Assembly (NCBI GenBank): GCA_000990355.1
Contig: LBSX01000007.1
Location: forward strand, 441-64,440
Direction of reading: 5' to 3'
Length of the DNA stretch: 64,000 nucleotides
From: Candidatus Magasanikbacteria bacterium GW2011_GWC2_37_14
GTDB taxonomy: Bacteria > Patescibacteriota > Patescibacteriia > Magasanikbacterales > UBA922
The notes beneath the pieces were generated by a model. That model made no database searches, was not told where the DNA came from, and saw nothing but the letters and a program-made list of their open reading frames with translations. The first letter of the stretch is position 1, and each line of letters starts with the position of its first letter. A program made the translations under genes and the position numbers. Below, in pieces: positions 60,373 to 64,000 of this stretch.

Positions 60373-61041
60373 ATGCGCTCATACAAATATCTCGCCTTCA
60401 TCACCACTTTCTTTTCTGTAGTTCTAATTTTATCCAACATTGCCAGTAGCAAAATTCTTTCACTTGGTTGGTTTAGTTTTGATGGTGGCACAATTCTCTT
60501 TCCGCTCGCCTATATCTTTGGCGATGTGCTTACCGAAGTCTATGGTTATGCCAATTCCCGTCGAGTAATTTGGACTGGTTTTATTATGAATGTTTTAATG
60601 GTTTTAGTTTTTTGGATTGTTGGAATTTTACCACCTGCCATGGACTGGAGTAACCAAACTGCTTTTGATGCGATTCTTGGTGTGGTTCCACGCATTGTTC
60701 TTGGTAGTTTGTGTGCTTATTTAATTGGTGAATTTTTAAATAGTTATATCTTGGCAAAATTAAAAGTAAAAACTGCGGGTAAATATTTTTGGCTTCGCGC
60801 CCTTGGTTCTACATTGGTTGGAGAATTTTTTGATACTACGGTATTTTTATTAATTGCCTTTGCTGGTGTACTACCTTGGAATTTAATTTGGATTATTTGG
60901 CTTTCTAATTATATTTTTAAAGTTGGTATAGAAATTATTTTCTTACCGCTCACCTACCGTGTGGTCGCTTTCTTAAAGAAAAAAGAAAATGAAGATTATT
61001 TTGACAAAGATACTAATTTTAATCCACTGACATTGTCGTAA
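60373..61041 (+). CDS. Queuosine precursor transporter (YhhQ/VUT family)
   Basis: SNIASSK, FPLAYIFGDVLTEVYG, RIVLGSL.AY..GE, R...ST..GE..DT. Confidence 0.92.
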   Translation: MRSYKYLAFITTFFSVVLILSNIASSKILSLGWFSFDGGTILFPLAYIFGDVLTEVYGYANSRRVIWTGFIMNVLMVLVFWIVGILPPAMDWSNQTAFDAILGVVPRIVLGSLCAYLIGEFLNSYILAKLKVKTAGKYFWLRALGSTLVGEFFDTTVFLLIAFAGVLPWNLIWIIWLSNYIFKVGIEIIFLPLTYRVVAFLKKKENEDYFDKDTNFNPLTLS

Positions 61042-61054
61042 TGTCGTCACTCAC

Positions 61055-61181
61055 GTAGAGACGCATTGCAATGCGTCTCTACAATAGTTGTCATCCTGAA
61101 CTGGTTTCAGGATCTTTCATAAATTTAAGCATTTTAGTAAATCTGACTAACGGAAAGATACTGAAATAAATTCAGCATGAC
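61055..61181. repeat. Intergenic REP-like cluster
   Basis: gtagagacgcattgcaatgcgtctctac (61055-61082) and an inverted pair tgtcatcctgaa...tcaggatct / agatactgaa...ttcagcatgaca (61090-61181). Confidence 0.8.
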
Positions 61182-61201
61182 ACACAAAACAAAAACCGGG
61201 T

Positions 61202-61492
61202 TTATGACCCGGTTTTTTTAAATATTGATTCTAATTTCGCTTTTGCTTGATCTGGAGTAGCTGTTACTTGTGCTTCTTTTTTCTTTTGAAATTCTCTTAA
61301 ATCATCTGCAACACTAACACTTGTTCTTAATTTTCCTTCTGTACCAACAACCGGTCGTGTTCTTTCTGCACCAGCTCTTCTCTTTACCACACCAGGTGCA
61401 ACTTGTTCTCCTAACACAGATCTTACTGGCACACCTCTTGTTGCTTCAACAGGTGGCATATGTTCACCTGGTCTACGTGGCATCCAAACCAT
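61202..61492 (-). CDS. Small hypothetical protein
   Basis: 96-aa frame with native codon usage and an upstream -10 element. Confidence 0.6.
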   Translation of the reverse strand: MVWMPRRPGEHMPPVEATRGVPVRSVLGEQVAPGVVKRRAGAERTRPVVGTEGKLRTSVSVADDLREFQKKKEAQVTATPDQAKAKLESIFKKTGS

Positions 61493-61591
61493 ATATTTTA
61501 AATTAATTGCCTGCCTGCCGATGAGGTAGGGCCTAAATTAGCCAATATTTATTTAAATACCTATATATTATAGCACAAAAATCGCCTTTTG

Positions 61592-62821
61592 TCAATAGAT
61601 AAACATCGCATCACCAAAACTAAAAAACCGATATTTTTCTTTTACTGCCTGCCTGTAACACTCCAACATAAACTCTTTACCACTGCCAGGAGCACTCTTG
61701 TCCGCTGTAGCTTCAGCGAAGGCGGAGACCAACATTAGTAAAGTTGACTTAGGTAAATGAAAATTTGTAATCATGGCATCCACTATTTTAAATTCAAATC
61801 CTGGTTTAATAAAAATATTTATATCACCATGATAGGGCCTAAGTGTCATTGCGAGCCCTGCTCGAGCAGGGCGTGACAATCCCCCAGTTTTATCTTTAAC
61901 CATTGGGATTGCTTCGTCGCCTATGTCGGCTCCTCGCAATGACAAACTCGCAATCCCTTCCAACGTCCTCACTGTTGTCGTACCAACCGCCACCACTCGC
62001 CGACCTTCGGCTTTGGCACGATTAATTTTTTCAGCATTTTCTTCACTAAGTTCAATCCATTCACTATGCATGGTATGGTCTTCCACTTTTTCTGATTTTA
62101 CTGGCAAAAAAGTTCCCAATCCCACATGCAAAGTTACTTCGGCAAATTCCACACCTTTATTTTTAAGTTTTTCAATTAAAGAATCAGTAAAATGAAAACC
62201 CGCAGTTGGTGCTGCCACTGAACCTTCGGGTTTTGCATAAACTGTTTGGTATGTTTCTAATTCATGTGGCTCATCTTTTACATAAGGTGGCACAGGAATG
62301 TGACCATATTTATTGGCTTTAGCTCGTACAATATCGGCGTTATCGGGAAATTGCACCAAAATTGTTCCATCATTTTCTTTAACCAAGGCATCACAATAAA
62401 AATCAGGAGTTTGCCCTGAGCTTGTCGAAGGGGCAAACACCACTCGCATCCCCTCTCGTAAATGTCGCCCTGGCTTAGCCAATACTTTCCACACTCCTTG
62501 ATTTTCCATTTCACGAATTAAAAAAATTTCTATTTCTTTTTTGTGTTCCAATAATTCTTGATTATTTTCTGCTTCCACTAATTTACCAAATAACCGAGCT
62601 TTAAAAACTTTGGAATTATTCCAAACCAACAAATCACCGGGTTTTAAATAATCTATAATATCATAAAAATGCTTGCCCTGAGCGGAATGAAATGAAGCCG
62701 AAGGGTTTTCTTTAATTTTTTTTCTATCAACAACAAACAAACGCGAACTATCGCGTGGCGCAAGTGGATACTGAGCAATTAATTCTAATGGGAGGTTGTA
62801 GTCAAAATCAGTTGTTAGCAT
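61592..62821 (-). CDS. queA: SAM:tRNA ribosyltransferase-isomerase with four in-frame palindrome insertions
   Basis: FDYNLP.ELIAQ, YQTVYA..GSVAAPTAGFHF, AVGTT..R.LE, TNFHLPKSTL, YRFFSFGDAM. Confidence 0.97.
   Translation of the reverse strand: MLTTDFDYNLPLELIAQYPLAPRDSSRLFVVDRKKIKENPSASFHSAQGKHFYDIIDYLKPGDLLVWNNSKVFKARLFGKLVEAENNQELLEHKKEIEIFLIREMENQGVWKVLAKPGRHLREGMRVVFAPSTSSGQTPDFYCDALVKENDGTILVQFPDNADIVRAKANKYGHIPVPPYVKDEPHELETYQTVYAKPEGSVAAPTAGFHFTDSLIEKLKNKGVEFAEVTLHVGLGTFLPVKSEKVEDHTMHSEWIELSEENAEKINRAKAEGRRVVAVGTTTVRTLEGIASLSLRGADIGDEAIPMVKDKTGGLSRPARAGLAMTLRPYHGDINIFIKPGFEFKIVDAMITNFHLPKSTLLMLVSAFAEATADKSAPGSGKEFMLECYRQAVKEKYRFFSFGDAMFIY
61844..61944. repeat. 101-bp TGTCATTGCGAG...CTCGCAATGACA palindromic element inside queA
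   Basis: 12-bp terminal inverted repeats plus inner caatccc/gggattg arms. Confidence 0.9.
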
Positions 62822-62865
62822 AAAATTTCACTGTCATCCTCGCGCAGGCGGGGATCCAGAAATAA

Positions 62866-63738
62866 TTATAAATGAATTTTATTAGTATTATGTTCTTCCA
62901 AAGTTTTAGCATAATGCACTGTTCCATCACTAGATGTAAGAAAATACCAATAACTATTTTTTGTTGGTTCAAGTGTGGCTTTAATTGAATCCAAGCCTGG
63001 ATTGCAAATGGGACTTGGAGGAAGACCGGGATATTTATAAGTATTCCATAAAGAATCTACCTGACGATCTTTGGCAGTGGTGTAAACATTACCCTCTTTG
63101 GCAACAACATAATGTACTGTGGAATCAGCTTGCAACGCCCAATTTTTCTCCAGTCTCCGCCAAAAAATATCAGCCACTAATTTTTTATCTTCTATATTTC
63201 TAACTTCTTTCTCCAAAATACTGGCCAGGATTAAAATCTCGTGTAAACTTTTTTTAGAAGCTTTTACTTTATTCAAAATATCTGGTGTTAATTGATCTTT
63301 TCTAATAAAATAAAATTTATCAATTACACTTACCAAATCACTATCTGCAAAAACTCTAACTGTTTCTGGAGCCAGGTAACCTTCCATACTCAAACCAAAT
63401 GGTTTCTGTCCAAGCAAATCATCCGATGGACCAAACGAAAAAATTTCTTCACTTACTTTATACTTTCTAGCTGGCTCACCAGTAATAGCATAAACATCTG
63501 CAGTACTACTCGCTAATTTTTTATCCACTAAATATTTTGCCACATCACGCAAATCCCAACCAGGGATAATTGTTAAAGTTACTTCTGCTCGCGGTGGTAA
63601 TGGAATATATTTGGGATGAAAATAACGATAACACTTATAACTTCCAAACAACAACAAAAACAAAGCTAAAATGCCAATTAATTTATACAACTGAAAATTT
63701 GAAATCTTGCCTATCGGCAGACAGGTTTTAATTTTCAT
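62866..63738 (-). CDS. mltG: Endolytic transglycosylase MltG
   Basis: EGYLAPET, ASILEKE, LQADSTV.Y, NTYKYPGLPPSPICNPG. Confidence 0.93.
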   Translation of the reverse strand: MKIKTCLPIGKISNFQLYKLIGILALFLLLFGSYKCYRYFHPKYIPLPPRAEVTLTIIPGWDLRDVAKYLVDKKLASSTADVYAITGEPARKYKVSEEIFSFGPSDDLLGQKPFGLSMEGYLAPETVRVFADSDLVSVIDKFYFIRKDQLTPDILNKVKASKKSLHEILILASILEKEVRNIEDKKLVADIFWRRLEKNWALQADSTVHYVVAKEGNVYTTAKDRQVDSLWNTYKYPGLPPSPICNPGLDSIKATLEPTKNSYWYFLTSSDGTVHYAKTLEEHNTNKIHL

Positions 63739-63751
63739 TAGAAATTAGTTA

Positions 63752-64000
63752 TTAGAAATTAAAAAATTGTTTATAGTTCTCTCTCGCCCACTCCAACCTC
63801 TCCGGCACACCCACATCTATCCAAATATCTTTAAATTCATAAACATACAAATTATTTACATTTGGAAAAACGTCATATTCAATACTAAATTCTTGGCTTT
63901 CTGGAAAATACTTTTTTATACTTGGATTAAAAATATAATAACCACCATTTTGATAACCTGGCTCATGAATACCAGTCTTTTCTTTAAAAGCCGTTAAGTG
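63752..64000 (-). CDS. C-terminal part of a sugar-phosphate nucleotidyltransferase (5'-truncated by window edge)
   Basis: Manual translation HLTAFKEKTG...NGGYYIF...FSIEYDVFP...WIDVGVPE. Confidence 0.8.
   Translation of the reverse strand, partial: HLTAFKEKTGIHEPGYQNGGYYIFNPSIKKYFPESQEFSIEYDVFPNVNNLYVYEFKDIWIDVGVPERLEWARENYKQFFNF

Overview
AT-rich chromosomal segment of a Patescibacteria/CPR bacterium. The lineage (probably Parcubacteria-ABY1, Magasanikbacteria-like) is inferred from gene content, SD-less core genes and pilin-led giant proteins; the genetic code is standard code 11. Core genes include smc, nrnA-like DHH, clpP, engB, ppsA, pyk, nrdR, ftsZ/ftsA, ybeY, rpsU, hisS, lepB, ndk, uvrD/pcrA, tgt/yhhQ/queA, uppP, rlmH, mltG and 3 tRNAs. 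A surface-protein cluster with a 3995-aa pilin-led giant sits inside the rpsU-yqeY-ybeY-dgkA string. Four patterns stand out. (1) About nine scattered, mostly GC-rich ORFan genes all carry Shine-Dalgarno-like sites, while the AT-rich core genes checked have none (rpsU excepted); these ORFans sit under native AT-rich sigma70 promoters with structured leaders and trailers and no mobility genes. (2) About 20 short palindromes or micro-repeats of many families are inserted in-frame in housekeeping proteins, eight of them in uvrD. (3) Two orphan promoter-RNA-terminator units look like unannotated structured ncRNAs. (4) A GIY-YIG nuclease gene starts 1 nt after tRNA-Ile, beside a remodelled pseudo-tRNA. 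All calls are by eye from sequence and motifs; no searches were run.
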